64,000 nt of DNA from the NCBI GenBank assembly GCA_965204375.1, contig OZ241986.1, positions 5,536,001-5,600,000 on the forward strand, read 5' to 3'. The first letter of the stretch is position 1, and every line of letters starts with the position of its first letter. Position numbers and translations under genes: made by a program. The notes below the pieces were generated by a model. The model saw only the letters and a program-made list of their open reading frames with translations, was not told the origin of the DNA and did no database searches. This document shows positions 1 through 10,036 of the stretch, in pieces. This DNA comes from Candidatus Latescibacterota bacterium (lineage in GTDB: Bacteria; Latescibacterota; UBA2968).

Positions 1-1
1 C

Positions 2-904
2 GTGCGCCACAATGGTCGCGGGAAACCCCAGGATTTTGATGCGTTGTCGCGGGCGCAACGCCTGATTGGAATTGGGCCAGATGTCGAGAATTTTACGAAT
101 CTTCCGGGATTGGATCTCGCGATTTTGGCAGATGAGTTCAGGACGCTTGAATGTATTGAGCGCGCTTCGTCTCAGGTGTCTTTTGCCGAGCGTCTCGCCC
201 GCGCCGAGATGCACGCTGCTACACTCCACGCAAAGCGAAAAGCGGCGGCAAAGCGCGTGGCGCAGGAGGCGGGGCAAGTGAGACCCTATGTGCTGGTGGA
301 TGCAATTGATCGGGGGCTGGAGAGGTTGGGCGGTGGTTTGATGATGGTCGAGCAATACGCCCTGCCAATAGATAGTCGAGGAGATGCTTATGGCGCAGGG
401 CGCAATGCCTATGTCCGGGCGGCCGGGGGATCGGAGGGTTATGGGATTGGCGGGACGATTGGTTTGAAGCTGGCAGTGCCGCACAAGCCCGTGGTTGGGC
501 TGGTGGGCGATGGGTCGATGTATTATGCCGATTCCGGGCTTTGGACGGCTGCTCACCACCAGATTCCGGTGCTTTTTGTGATTCCAAATAATCGGTCTTA
601 TGGGATTGTGGCGACTAATTTTGAGCGGGCGGGCGGTGTGATGAAGGAAACGGGAGAATACCCGGGCGTGGTTCTGGACGGGATTGATCCGGTGAAAATT
701 GCAGAAGGGTTTGGTGTGGAGGGGATGCAGGTCGATGAAGAGTCGGATCTGGATGGTGCTATTGCGCGGGGATTGGATGTGGTGGAGGGCGAGGAACGCC
801 CCTTTTTGCTGGATGTAAAATTGCCTCTTGGGCTGCCCGAGGGCGGACGAGCGGCAACGCCTTTCCATCTGACGGAGATTCGGAGCAAGGCGAGTGCGGC
901 GTAA
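2..904 (+). CDS. Thiamine pyrophosphate-dependent enzyme (benzoylformate decarboxylase/acetolactate synthase-like), C-terminal part; 5' end outside window
   Basis: TPP-binding motif GDGS-x24-NN ('VGDGSMYY...IPNNRSYG') and preceding 'GYGIGGTIG'. Confidence 0.85.
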   Translation: MRHNGRGKPQDFDALSRAQRLIGIGPDVENFTNLPGLDLAILADEFRTLECIERASSQVSFAERLARAEMHAATLHAKRKAAAKRVAQEAGQVRPYVLVDAIDRGLERLGGGLMMVEQYALPIDSRGDAYGAGRNAYVRAAGGSEGYGIGGTIGLKLAVPHKPVVGLVGDGSMYYADSGLWTAAHHQIPVLFVIPNNRSYGIVATNFERAGGVMKETGEYPGVVLDGIDPVKIAEGFGVEGMQVDEESDLDGAIARGLDVVEGEERPFLLDVKLPLGLPEGGRAATPFHLTEIRSKASAA

Positions 905-1071
905 TGGGTAATGGGGTAAATTTGAAAGTTTAAGTTGCATATTGTCACATCTTCGGTTATTTATGGTGAGGTGGTGCCGCTGGGCAGCCTGAGCGAGGTG
1001 CTCAAGCGGTTTGAGCGCGGGACACTTTAGATTACGCGATTCACTAATCACTTTTTTCAGGAGATAGTTTT

Positions 1072-2184
1072 ATGGCACTTAAAGTTGGCGTTGTTGGTAT
1101 GGGTGGTGTTGGCAACCGGCATGCAGGCTGTCATGTAGAAGACGACCTTGCAGATCTCGTTGCGGTGTGCGATGTTGTCAAAGAGTCCGCGGATAGGGCT
1201 GCGGAAAGACATGGTGTTAAAGCTTATTATAATCTCAAAGATATGTTGGAGAATGAGGACCTGGATATTGTCGATGTTACGACCGGGGGAAATGAGAATG
1301 GCAGTTGGCACTATGAACCGACGATGGAGGCTCTCGCCGCTGGCAGACACGTTTTGTGTGAAAAACCCCTGTCCAACGATATTGACGAAGCCCGCGATAT
1401 GGTCGCTTATGCCGCAGAACAAAATCTGTACCTCGGCTGCAATCTCAACCATTATTTCTCTCAGCCTGCGGACAAAGCGCGGGAATATATCGCAGAAGGC
1501 AAAGTGGGCGAACAAATTTATTGTATTCACAAGATGGGTTTTGCAGGGGGCGAAGCGACTTATAGACCAGGCAAAGGGCCTAAGTCGTGGGGGCATCCCT
1601 ATTTTCACGTTAAGGCTTTTCTCACGCATCCTTTCAGCGTGATGCGTGATTTTTGCGGTAATATCACCCATGTGCAGGCATTTTTTGACCGTCCCAGTTT
1701 TCGCAAGCAAGCAGGCGATCTCATGATTTCCCTCAACAGTATTCACGTGCGCTTTGAGAGCGGCGCAATGGGGTATTTGCTGAGCCAGCGCGGCGATGTC
1801 ACTTTTGGTCTGGGCGGCTGGTGGAGCGTTGAGGTGGCGGGTACGCTCGGGACTTTTTGTATTGAAAATTGCGTTGAAAAAATCACTTTCTGGCCCGCGC
1901 CCGGCACAGCACCTATGCCGGAGAATATGTCGCACGGTGCCGCGCCCGGTCCCATTGTAGATGATACGGGGATTACTGACTTTGGCTCCACCTTTCCCAA
2001 TCGCATCCACGCTTTTCTCGAGGATGTCACCAATGGTGTGCCCCGGGAAGAACTCCGCGCTTCGGGTCACGATGCGCTCGCGGCTCTCGAATACACGTGG
2101 GCGGCGATTGAGTCCTATGAAAATGGCGGTGTGCTCGTCACGCCCAATCCCCTGCCTTTGCTCAAACGAGATCCGATGATTTAA
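1072..2184 (+). CDS. Gfo/Idh/MocA family oxidoreductase
   Basis: N-terminal Rossmann 'VGVVGMGGVG', 'HVLCEKP' motif; SD CAGGAG upstream. Confidence 0.9.
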   Translation: MALKVGVVGMGGVGNRHAGCHVEDDLADLVAVCDVVKESADRAAERHGVKAYYNLKDMLENEDLDIVDVTTGGNENGSWHYEPTMEALAAGRHVLCEKPLSNDIDEARDMVAYAAEQNLYLGCNLNHYFSQPADKAREYIAEGKVGEQIYCIHKMGFAGGEATYRPGKGPKSWGHPYFHVKAFLTHPFSVMRDFCGNITHVQAFFDRPSFRKQAGDLMISLNSIHVRFESGAMGYLLSQRGDVTFGLGGWWSVEVAGTLGTFCIENCVEKITFWPAPGTAPMPENMSHGAAPGPIVDDTGITDFGSTFPNRIHAFLEDVTNGVPREELRASGHDALAALEYTWAAIESYENGGVLVTPNPLPLLKRDPMI

Positions 2185-2189
2185 AAAGC

Positions 2190-2224
2190 AAAAACGGGAC
2201 CAGATTCAGGTGTCCCGTTTTTTG
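2190..2224 (+). terminator. Intrinsic terminator, possibly bidirectional
   Basis: AAAAACGGGAC-loop-GTCCCGTTTTT hairpin with T tail directly after the stop codon. Confidence 0.8.
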
Positions 2225-2354
2225 TTGTATTTTACTCTTGCAAATTCCATGCCAGTCCCTTTTGTAGATTAAGAAATAGTTGTAAAATCGGTATAAGGGA
2301 TGTATGTTATCGCTGTCAAAGAATATCCAATCTCATTTAACAAAGGAAGGAGCT

Positions 2355-2699
2355 ATGAATCTAAGGGAAGAAATCAAGGACGACATCGCGATTATTACCC
2401 TTACAGGTGAACTGATGGACGGTCCTGATGTTATGCCGTTTCACGATCACATCAAGCAACTCGTTGCAAGTGGCACCAATCGCGTGATTGTCGATTTTTC
2501 TGCCGTCAGGTGGTTCGGCAGTGCGATGCTCGGGGTTCTCACGGCTTCTCTGGCGACTGTCAAAGCAGCGGGTGGCGATTTGCGCCTGGTGGGTATTACC
2601 AGAAGAATCGAGAGCATTCTCATGGTTACGTCTCTGGCTTCGGCCTTCCAAACGTTCAGAACGTTGAACCGCGCTATGGTCAGTTTCAAGCATGAGTAA
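2355..2699 (+). CDS. STAS-domain anti-sigma factor antagonist
   Basis: 'VIVDFSAVRWFGSAMLGVL' STAS motif; SD AGGAG before ATG 2355. Confidence 0.85.
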   Translation: MNLREEIKDDIAIITLTGELMDGPDVMPFHDHIKQLVASGTNRVIVDFSAVRWFGSAMLGVLTASLATVKAAGGDLRLVGITRRIESILMVTSLASAFQTFRTLNRAMVSFKHE

Positions 2700-2732
2700 A
2701 CGATCATCCGCAGAGCGGATGGCTTTTGACAA

Positions 2733-3959
2733 TTGACGATGTCACATTCTGAACTCACCCGCAGTATTCGATTGTATCCGATTTATGCCCCCATCGCGCA
2801 GGCGGATTTCTGGTTGCCCGTCTTTTTTCTCTATTTTAACCAGCACATGCCCATTGAGCAGGTGCTGCGTCTTGAAGCTATTTATTATGCCGCCGTTGTT
2901 ATTCTCGAAGTGCCCTCCGGGTATTTGTCCGATACCCTGGGTCGTCGTCTGACCCTTCTGATCTCTGCTGTTTCAGCGATCTTTGCGTATGCTCTGTTTT
3001 TTTCAGGTGGGTCTTTTGGCGTTTTTGCGCTGGCGCAAATTGGGTTGGCTGCAAGTATGGCCTTTCGATCTGGCACGGATACGTCGTTTCACTACGATTT
3101 GCTCAAATGTTTGGGGCGAGAAGATGCTTATCCTCAACGCGAAGCGCGCATTACGCGGAATGTTTTTATTGCTTCGGCAGGTGCTGCGCTTCTTGGAGGG
3201 GTGGTGTCTATCTATGCTTTGCGCGTCGCTTATGGTTTGTCTTTGTTGGCGGCGTGCGTGGCTTTTGTGCTGGCCTTGTTATTTGCCGAACCCGACCGGG
3301 AGTCCAGTTCTACGCGACAGGCTTCGGGATTTTTTTTGCAGATTCGCGCCTGTCTCGCGTATCTCAGCCAACCCGTACTCGGGTGGTTGATGTTGTTTTC
3401 CGTTTTTATGACGGTTGTCAATCATATCCCCTATGAATTTTATCAGCCCTATATCCAGTTGCTTGGCGCCCAGGCTTCCACCCCGTTGCTTACGGGTTTG
3501 CACACGGCGCTGACGATGGGCATTGCCGCGTGGTTTGCAAAACAGAGTATTCGCCTGCGCGATCATTTCGGTACCCGGTCAGCACTTATGCTCAGTGCAG
3601 GGGTGCAGGTTGTTCTCATTTCATTGATGGGGTTCTTTTTTCACCCTGTTGTTGCGCTTCTGTTGGCTTTTCGCTCTGTCCCGCGCGCGCTTATGATTGC
3701 GCCTCTCAATGCGGCGACTGTTCCGCGCTTGCAACAACACCATCGCGCGACGTATCTTTCGATTCAGAGTCTGATTGGGCGTTTGTCATTTTCGCTTTGT
3801 CTTGCTCTTCTCGCCGGTGTTTCGTCGTCGGAAGGTTCAGATGTTGCGCTGTCGCATACGCTTTTGCACTGCGCGGTCTTTGCCATTGCGGGGTGCGTTG
3901 TCCTCGCTGTTATCGCTGTTGTGATTCCCAGGTCGCAGTGGCGGTTGACCCCTGAATAG
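2733..3959 (+). CDS. MFS transporter
   Basis: About 12 hydrophobic segments; motif A 'EVPSGYLSDTLGRR'. Confidence 0.9.
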   Translation: MTMSHSELTRSIRLYPIYAPIAQADFWLPVFFLYFNQHMPIEQVLRLEAIYYAAVVILEVPSGYLSDTLGRRLTLLISAVSAIFAYALFFSGGSFGVFALAQIGLAASMAFRSGTDTSFHYDLLKCLGREDAYPQREARITRNVFIASAGAALLGGVVSIYALRVAYGLSLLAACVAFVLALLFAEPDRESSSTRQASGFFLQIRACLAYLSQPVLGWLMLFSVFMTVVNHIPYEFYQPYIQLLGAQASTPLLTGLHTALTMGIAAWFAKQSIRLRDHFGTRSALMLSAGVQVVLISLMGFFFHPVVALLLAFRSVPRALMIAPLNAATVPRLQQHHRATYLSIQSLIGRLSFSLCLALLAGVSSSEGSDVALSHTLLHCAVFAIAGCVVLAVIAVVIPRSQWRLTPE

Positions 3960-3962
3960 GAT

Positions 3963-5417
3963 TTGATGATGAACTCATTTCTTAGAAAACCGAATTTGTT
4001 ATTTATTTTTACCGATCAACAACGCGCGGATACGATGCGGTGTTATGGCAATGATCATATTGATACGCCGCATCTCAATGCGCTTGCGGATAAGAGTTTT
4101 GTCTTTGAGAATGCCTATGTGAGTCAGCCCGTGTGCAGTCCTTCGCGCGCCACGATGTTGTGCGGTCTCTACCCGCATACCGCGCGCGTGCCGGCGTGCA
4201 ATGTTCCCCTGCCTCGAGATGTGCAGACTATTGCGGAGATGGTGTCTTCGGATTATCGCTGTTGTTATAATGGCAAGTGGCATCTCGGCGATGAAATTTT
4301 TCCGCAGCACGGTTTTTCCGAGTGGGTTGGTACCGAGGATTCGTACCGTCGTTTTTTTTCGAGTTCTGAACGCCATGCATACCGCAGTGCCTACCATCAC
4401 TTTCTCGTGGAAAATGGTTTTGAGCCCAATTCCGAATCCGAAGGTCAGCGCGTTTTTTCCCGCCATGTTGAAGCGAGTATGGATGAACCGTTTACCAAGG
4501 CGTCTTTCCAGGGCGACCGCGCTGCCGAATTTATACGCGCGTGTGGCGATCAGCCCTTTGTGCTGGCGGTGTCTTATCTGGAACCGCATCCACCGCATAC
4601 GGGTCCGTTAAACGATTATTACGATCCTTCAGAACTTCCCGTTGGTCCCGCGTTTCGCCAGAAGCCACCGGCTCATGCGTCTCTTCTCAATCGCGTTTTG
4701 TCCGCTTATTATATGGAGTCCGAGGAATACGGTTACGATCTTCGCACAGATGAGGGCTGGCGTGCTGTTCGCGCGCGCTATTATGGCAATGTTACGTTGA
4801 TTGATCGCTCTGTTGGCAAGATTCTCGCTGCGCTTGAGGAGAGCGGGCAGGCGGATAATACGATTATTGTTTTTACCAGTGATCACGGCGAGATGGTGGG
4901 CGATCACGGCATTTTGGGCAAGACTGTTCTGTACGAGGAGTCCGTCAGGGTTCCGCTTCTCATTCATGTGCCCTATTTGTCCAATCAGCAGCGTGTGATT
5001 GGGGGAAATATTTCACATATTGATCTCGTGCCTACGCTTCTGGATTTGATGGGTGAATCTATTCCCGATCATCTGCAAGGCGAGAGCCGCGCGTCCGTAC
5101 TGAATGGGGGTGCGACATTATCGGAGAATGATGTTTTTATTCAGTGGAACCGCAGCGATGGACACCCGCGTCCCGGCGAGGCCGAGGTCAATCCCGCTAT
5201 GAGTACGCCCTGGCGATCTGTTATTTCCGCTGATCGCTGGAAGCTCAATCTCAGTGTGCACGATCAGTGTGAACTCTACGATCTGAACGCTGATCCATGT
5301 GAAACCGTCAATTATTTTGACGATCCCAAATGCCGGGGCCGCATCCAGGATCTGACCGAGCGTATTCGTCAATGGCAGATGCAGACGGATGATAGGGTTC
5401 CGTTGCCAGAGATTTAG
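3963..5417 (+). CDS. Formylglycine-dependent sulfatase
   Basis: 'NLLFIFTDQQR', CxPxR 'CSPSRA', 'GKWHLG', 'TSDHG'. Confidence 0.92.
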   Translation: MMMNSFLRKPNLLFIFTDQQRADTMRCYGNDHIDTPHLNALADKSFVFENAYVSQPVCSPSRATMLCGLYPHTARVPACNVPLPRDVQTIAEMVSSDYRCCYNGKWHLGDEIFPQHGFSEWVGTEDSYRRFFSSSERHAYRSAYHHFLVENGFEPNSESEGQRVFSRHVEASMDEPFTKASFQGDRAAEFIRACGDQPFVLAVSYLEPHPPHTGPLNDYYDPSELPVGPAFRQKPPAHASLLNRVLSAYYMESEEYGYDLRTDEGWRAVRARYYGNVTLIDRSVGKILAALEESGQADNTIIVFTSDHGEMVGDHGILGKTVLYEESVRVPLLIHVPYLSNQQRVIGGNISHIDLVPTLLDLMGESIPDHLQGESRASVLNGGATLSENDVFIQWNRSDGHPRPGEAEVNPAMSTPWRSVISADRWKLNLSVHDQCELYDLNADPCETVNYFDDPKCRGRIQDLTERIRQWQMQTDDRVPLPEI

Positions 5418-5430
5418 CAGGAGGATTGCC

Positions 5431-6279
5431 TTGTTAAATTCCAAACGAGAACAATTTGCCCGCGATGGGTTCTATGTGTTCGAGAATATTCTCGATTCTG
5501 TTCTGGTGGATCGATTGCAGCGTTTTAGCGATGATGTACTCTCGGAACAGGATCCGGAGCATTTTGAGATGCATCGCACGACCGGGAGTATGGTTATGAT
5601 CGATTGGGCTATGGCGTATCAGTATCCTGTGATGGCTGAACTCATCGCCCATCCCAATGCGCTCAATGCGTTAAAACAGCTCGGGTTTGATGAACCGAAG
5701 TTTGGGCATGGACGCATTATCAGCAAGCCACCGCATAGTCCACCGCTTTTCTGGCATGAAGATGGTCGTTTTTGGGATGATCCGGTGAGCTATACGACGC
5801 AGCCCATTCAGTGTTTTTTGATGTATTATCTGACCGATACGATGCCGCAAAACGGGTGTTTGCGCGTGGTCCCGGGGTCGCATCTGAAACGCCATGCTTT
5901 ACACGACAAAATTTCTCCGAGCCATACAGATGAACTCAGAACATTTGCCAATCCGGATGATCCGGGGTTTTCGCGGGTGGATGACGAGATCGATGTTCCC
6001 GTTAAAGCCGGCGATCTCGTGATGGGTTATGGCAGCTTGTTGCACGCTTCGCATGCGAACCAGACAGATCAGCGCAGGACTGTGCTTACGATGTGGTACT
6101 ATCCAGATTTTGTCGCTTTGCCCGAGCGTACGCAGGCCACGGTCGCTTTGGCAGAAGGTAATAATAGTGATACTGTGTCATCGTCTGAAGAGGCGCTGAT
6201 GGAGCCGCTCAGAATCGCGTATGATGGCGAGGCAGAGCCGATAGAGATACAGTGGATACCTGGTGAGGAACTGAAGTGA
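5431..6279 (+). CDS. Phytanoyl-CoA dioxygenase (PhyH) family Fe/2OG dioxygenase
   Basis: 'WHED', 'NGCLRVVPGSH', 'LLHAS..N...RR'; TTG start after GGAGG. Confidence 0.88.
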   Translation: MLNSKREQFARDGFYVFENILDSVLVDRLQRFSDDVLSEQDPEHFEMHRTTGSMVMIDWAMAYQYPVMAELIAHPNALNALKQLGFDEPKFGHGRIISKPPHSPPLFWHEDGRFWDDPVSYTTQPIQCFLMYYLTDTMPQNGCLRVVPGSHLKRHALHDKISPSHTDELRTFANPDDPGFSRVDDEIDVPVKAGDLVMGYGSLLHASHANQTDQRRTVLTMWYYPDFVALPERTQATVALAEGNNSDTVSSSEEALMEPLRIAYDGEAEPIEIQWIPGEELK

Positions 6280-6309
6280 GAAAATGTCCAATTCGAAAAG
6301 AGGTTAGTT

Positions 6310-7347
6310 ATGCCAAAAGTCCTTCTCGCGTCTAATAAGCGCATTCGCGATAGCTATTTTCCGCCGGAGGAACTCGCCCGCCTCGAGACCTTCGCCACAT
6401 GGGATTGGTTTGAGTGCGAGGGTGGCAATATTTATGAAGCCCCTCGCGATCCCGGAACTATTGCGGGTTTAGTTGATTGTATAGGGGATGCGGATGCTGT
6501 CGTCGTGTGCTCCGGGTGTCCCACGATCGATGCCGAGGTGATGGATAATGCGCCAAATTTGAAGTTGGTTGGCGAATTAGAAGGCGACCGCTTTGCCGCG
6601 CGCATTGATCTCGATGCTGCCTGGGAACGCGGTATCCGCACGGTTGATACGACTCAAGGGTCGTCTTATCCGGTTGCCGAATGGGCACTCGCGCTTATTC
6701 TTATCGCGCTGCGCAATGCGGGGGCGGCTTTTCGCTGCATTATTGCTGGGGATACACACAATGCTAAAAACCGCGATATGCGCGGTATGTTGACCGGCAA
6801 GCGCGTCGGTCTTATTGGGTGTGGGCACATGGGTCGTCGTCTCATTTCTTTTTTGCGTCCTTTTAATACGGATATTTGGGTTCATGATCCGTATTTGTCT
6901 CGCGATATTGCCGAGATTGTCGGTTTTACGCAGACTTCGATGGATAAGATTTTTGCGGAATGCGATGTTATTGTCTGTGTTGCCCCGCTTACACCGCGCA
7001 CCAGAGGTATGATTGGGAAACGCGAACTCGATCTCATCCAACCCAGGTCGGCTTTTGTCAATGTTTCACGCGGCGCAATTGTCGATTCAAATGCTTTGAT
7101 CGAACGCCTTAAGCGAGGTGATATTACCGCGGGTCTCGAGGTTTTTGATCCGGAACCTATTCCTCCCGATAGTGAGATTATTCACCTTCCCAATGTGTTT
7201 TTAAGTCCGCATTTTTCGGGCTATACAGGCGATGATTATCCCCACTTTTTCAAACTTATGGTCGATGAACTCGATCGCTTTTTTCAGGGGCACGAGACGT
7301 GGTTTGACCTTACGCCACAATCGCAGGCCAATCGCAGAGGCGACTGA
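6310..7347 (+). CDS. D-isomer-specific 2-hydroxyacid dehydrogenase
   Basis: 'VGLIGCGHMG', 'VNVSRG', 'EVFDPEP', 'SPH'. Confidence 0.9.
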   Translation: MPKVLLASNKRIRDSYFPPEELARLETFATWDWFECEGGNIYEAPRDPGTIAGLVDCIGDADAVVVCSGCPTIDAEVMDNAPNLKLVGELEGDRFAARIDLDAAWERGIRTVDTTQGSSYPVAEWALALILIALRNAGAAFRCIIAGDTHNAKNRDMRGMLTGKRVGLIGCGHMGRRLISFLRPFNTDIWVHDPYLSRDIAEIVGFTQTSMDKIFAECDVIVCVAPLTPRTRGMIGKRELDLIQPRSAFVNVSRGAIVDSNALIERLKRGDITAGLEVFDPEPIPPDSEIIHLPNVFLSPHFSGYTGDDYPHFFKLMVDELDRFFQGHETWFDLTPQSQANRRGD

Positions 7348-7405
7348 TCACTTTTTCAAGTTTTGCATTTTGGGTATATTCAAATTAGCCATATCGGGAG
7401 ACATT

Positions 7406-7792
7406 ATGTTTCGCCTCTTTCTCGCAACTGTCTGCGTCATTTTGATGGCTTGCCAGAATTCGCCAGAACAGAAAGCCGAACCCCCTCAGCGCCCGCAGTT
7501 TGCCGCGGCAGATATTGAAAGGGGGAAGGCTCTTTACACGAAATACGGGTGCGCGGTTTGCCATGGTCGCAACGGCCACGGCAATGGTCAGATTGCGCGT
7601 ACTCTGAATCCAAGGCCCCGCGATTTTCACGATCCCAAAGTTTATAAATACGGGCGTTCGGTCGAGGCTGTTTCGCGTACGATCCTCAAGGGCGCGCTCA
7701 ATGAACGGGGTATGGGTATGCCTGGCTATCCCCAAATCCCGGAGGAAGAACGCAGGATTATTTCCATTTTTATTGTTTCGCTACAGAAATGA
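7406..7792 (+). CDS. Cytochrome c lipoprotein
   Basis: Lipobox LMAC, CxxCH 'CAVCHG', distal 'GMPG' Met. Confidence 0.88.
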   Translation: MFRLFLATVCVILMACQNSPEQKAEPPQRPQFAAADIERGKALYTKYGCAVCHGRNGHGNGQIARTLNPRPRDFHDPKVYKYGRSVEAVSRTILKGALNERGMGMPGYPQIPEEERRIISIFIVSLQK

Positions 7793-8235
7793 GAGCGTGT
7801 CTTTTTCTTATATTTTTCCTGATTCTGCTTGGGATGGGATGCAGTGATCGGGATATTTCTTCTGTGACCATTAAAAACGCATGGGTGCGGCAGAATATTC
7901 CGCCTCAGAAGATGACGGCGGCTTATTTGGCTATCCACAATGAGGGGATGGCGACTGCGCTCGTTTCTGCTTCTACGCCTGCGGCTGAGGTTGCCGAGAT
8001 TCACGTTATGACGACTGATGGCAATATTATGCGTATGAAAAAAATTGACCGTTTGCCGATTCCGGAAGATGGTTCGGCTACTTTGCAACCCGGGGGTAAC
8101 CATCTCATGCTTATTGGTCTTAGACGCGATTTGGCTGTGGGCGATTCTCTCGCGCTTACGCTTACTTTTGCAAATGGTCAGGTACAGATGGTTCGGGCAC
8201 CTGTTGTTTCGTTTCGGAATGAAGGGCGCAGATGA
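7789..8235 (+). CDS. Copper chaperone PCu(A)C
   Basis: 'AW.R', 'TAAYL.I.N', H-x10-M 'EIH...MRM', 'PGGNHLML'. Confidence 0.92.
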   Translation: MRACLFLIFFLILLGMGCSDRDISSVTIKNAWVRQNIPPQKMTAAYLAIHNEGMATALVSASTPAAEVAEIHVMTTDGNIMRMKKIDRLPIPEDGSATLQPGGNHLMLIGLRRDLAVGDSLALTLTFANGQVQMVRAPVVSFRNEGRR

Positions 8236-8888
8236 ATACGATCCGCAGATGGACGCAGATGGGCGCAGATAAATGGCGAGGGATAAGGGGGGGCTGGAGA
8301 GGCTCTTTGCACTTTGTACTTTGCACTTTGCTGTTGCTATTTGTGGCCTGTAAACCGCTTGAGCGCACGCCGCAGTCCGATCCCGACCTCACCCTTTCTG
8401 CCGATCCCTATCCTTTTGGCGGCGATTTGACGCTTGTTGATCACGATGGCAATTCATTCAATTTGGCAGATCAACAGCGTCCGTTTCTTCTTTTTTTTGG
8501 CTATGCGAGTTGTCCCGATGCGTGTCCTCAAACTATGGCGCGGCTTGCGAGTGCTTATACGATTTTAGGCGAGGATGCACGCGATCTCAGGACGCTTTTT
8601 GTCAGTGTTGATCCCGGGCGGGATTCCCCGCAAATGCTCAAAACTTATTTGTCGCATTTTGACGTGCCAGCCGTTGGTCTTACAGGGGTGCAGGATAGCA
8701 TTGACGCGGTGGTCAAGCGCTATGCGGCTCATTATGAGATTGGCGAGCGGAATTCCGCAGCGGGATATCTTATCGACCATTCCCTCTATACGTATCTTAT
8801 TGACCAGAACGGCGATTTGCGTTTCTTTTTTCGCCCGTCCCATACCGCCGAAGAAATTGCGACTGTGGTTCGTCAATTGTCCAGGTGA
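8232..8888 (+). CDS. SCO1/SenC family copper chaperone
   Basis: 'FFGYASCPDACP' CxxxC, 'SVDP.RD', 'IDHS'. Confidence 0.92.
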   Translation: MNTIRRWTQMGADKWRGIRGGWRGSLHFVLCTLLLLFVACKPLERTPQSDPDLTLSADPYPFGGDLTLVDHDGNSFNLADQQRPFLLFFGYASCPDACPQTMARLASAYTILGEDARDLRTLFVSVDPGRDSPQMLKTYLSHFDVPAVGLTGVQDSIDAVVKRYAAHYEIGERNSAAGYLIDHSLYTYLIDQNGDLRFFFRPSHTAEEIATVVRQLSR

Positions 8889-8906
8889 ATTTTGTGGGGA
8901 TAAAGC

Positions 8907-10028
8907 ATGATGCGAGTCGCTTGCGATGTGCCCTACACTGAGGGAATCAAATACGCGGGGTCTAAGTTGAAACTTCTTCCGCATATTTTGCAACTGGTTA
9001 AGAGGGTTGATGCTAAGACGGTTTTGGATGGGTTTTCGGGTACGACGAGGGTGTCGCAGGCGTTCGCGAGGCTGGGTTATACGGTTGTTTGCAATGATGT
9101 TGCGGTGTGGTCGAAGGTTTTTGGGACGTGCTATTTGTTGAATAAAAAGAGGCGAGAGGATTACCAACCGCTTATTGATCATCTCAATGCGCTTTCGCCT
9201 GTGGATGGGTGGTTTACGGAGCACTATGGGGGTCAGCCCAATAACGGATGTGCGATACAGCGAGATGGGCGCAAGAGGCCGTGGCAAATACACAATACCC
9301 GTAAATTAGATGCGATTCGAGGGGAGATTGACGCGCTGAAGCTCGATCCGGTTGATGAGGCTGTGGCGCTTACAAGTCTGGTTTTGGCGCTGGATCGCGT
9401 GGATAGCAGTTTGGGGCATTTTGTTTCTTATCTGAGGGACTGGTCGCCGCGCTCTTATAAAGAGCTTGTGCTGAAGGTGCCGAGTATTTTTCGGTCATCA
9501 GGGGAGCATCGGGTGTTTCAAAGGGATATTTTTGATCTCATTCCCGATATATCCGTTGATCTGGCGTATTTCGATCCCCCTTATGGATCAAATAACGAGA
9601 AGATGCCGCCGTCGCGGGTGCGGTACGCTTCGTATTACCATTTGTGGACGAGTGTGATTTGTGCGGATAAACCGGCTCTTTTTGGGAAGGCCAATCGCCG
9701 CAGGGATACGTCGGATTCTGTGGCGGCGTCTGTTTTTGAGGAGTTTCGGCGGAGTGATGAGGGGCGCTTTATTGCTGTTGAGGCGATTGAGGATCTCATT
9801 GCGGCGACGCGTGCGCGATGGGTTATTCTGTCGTACAGTTCTGGGGGGCGGGCGACTGCCAGGGCGTTGAACGATGTGATGCGGCGCAATGGCGAGATAG
9901 TGGATGTGGTCGCGCTCAATTACAAGAAGAATGTGATGGCGGGGATGAAGTGGACGAATGAATGGTTGAGAGATGCAGAGCAACCAAATCGGGAGTTTTT
10001 GTTTTTGCTCCAGAAGAAGGCGGTCTGA
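8907..10028 (+). CDS. Orphan DNA N6-adenine methyltransferase (Dam/D12, M.FokI-like)
   Basis: 'YAGSK.KL', motif I 'DGFSGT', motif IV 'YFDPPY'; no adjacent endonuclease. Confidence 0.85.
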   Translation: MMRVACDVPYTEGIKYAGSKLKLLPHILQLVKRVDAKTVLDGFSGTTRVSQAFARLGYTVVCNDVAVWSKVFGTCYLLNKKRREDYQPLIDHLNALSPVDGWFTEHYGGQPNNGCAIQRDGRKRPWQIHNTRKLDAIRGEIDALKLDPVDEAVALTSLVLALDRVDSSLGHFVSYLRDWSPRSYKELVLKVPSIFRSSGEHRVFQRDIFDLIPDISVDLAYFDPPYGSNNEKMPPSRVRYASYYHLWTSVICADKPALFGKANRRRDTSDSVAASVFEEFRRSDEGRFIAVEAIEDLIAATRARWVILSYSSGGRATARALNDVMRRNGEIVDVVALNYKKNVMAGMKWTNEWLRDAEQPNREFLFLLQKKAV

Positions 10029-10036
10029 CACATACT

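Noticed and set aside
960-1030. GC-rich intergenic stretch with alternative hairpins (TGAGC/GCTCA, GCTCAA/TTGAGC) as a possible riboswitch
   Set aside because: It matches no aptamer consensus I know. It reads as an open frame ('GEVVPLGSLSEVLKRFERGTL*'), so a gene remnant is at least as likely.
1057-2070. 337-aa antisense ORF (similarly 12076-13119 and 50842-51798)
   Set aside because: Each overlaps a confidently identified gene on the opposite strand, as expected from codon bias.
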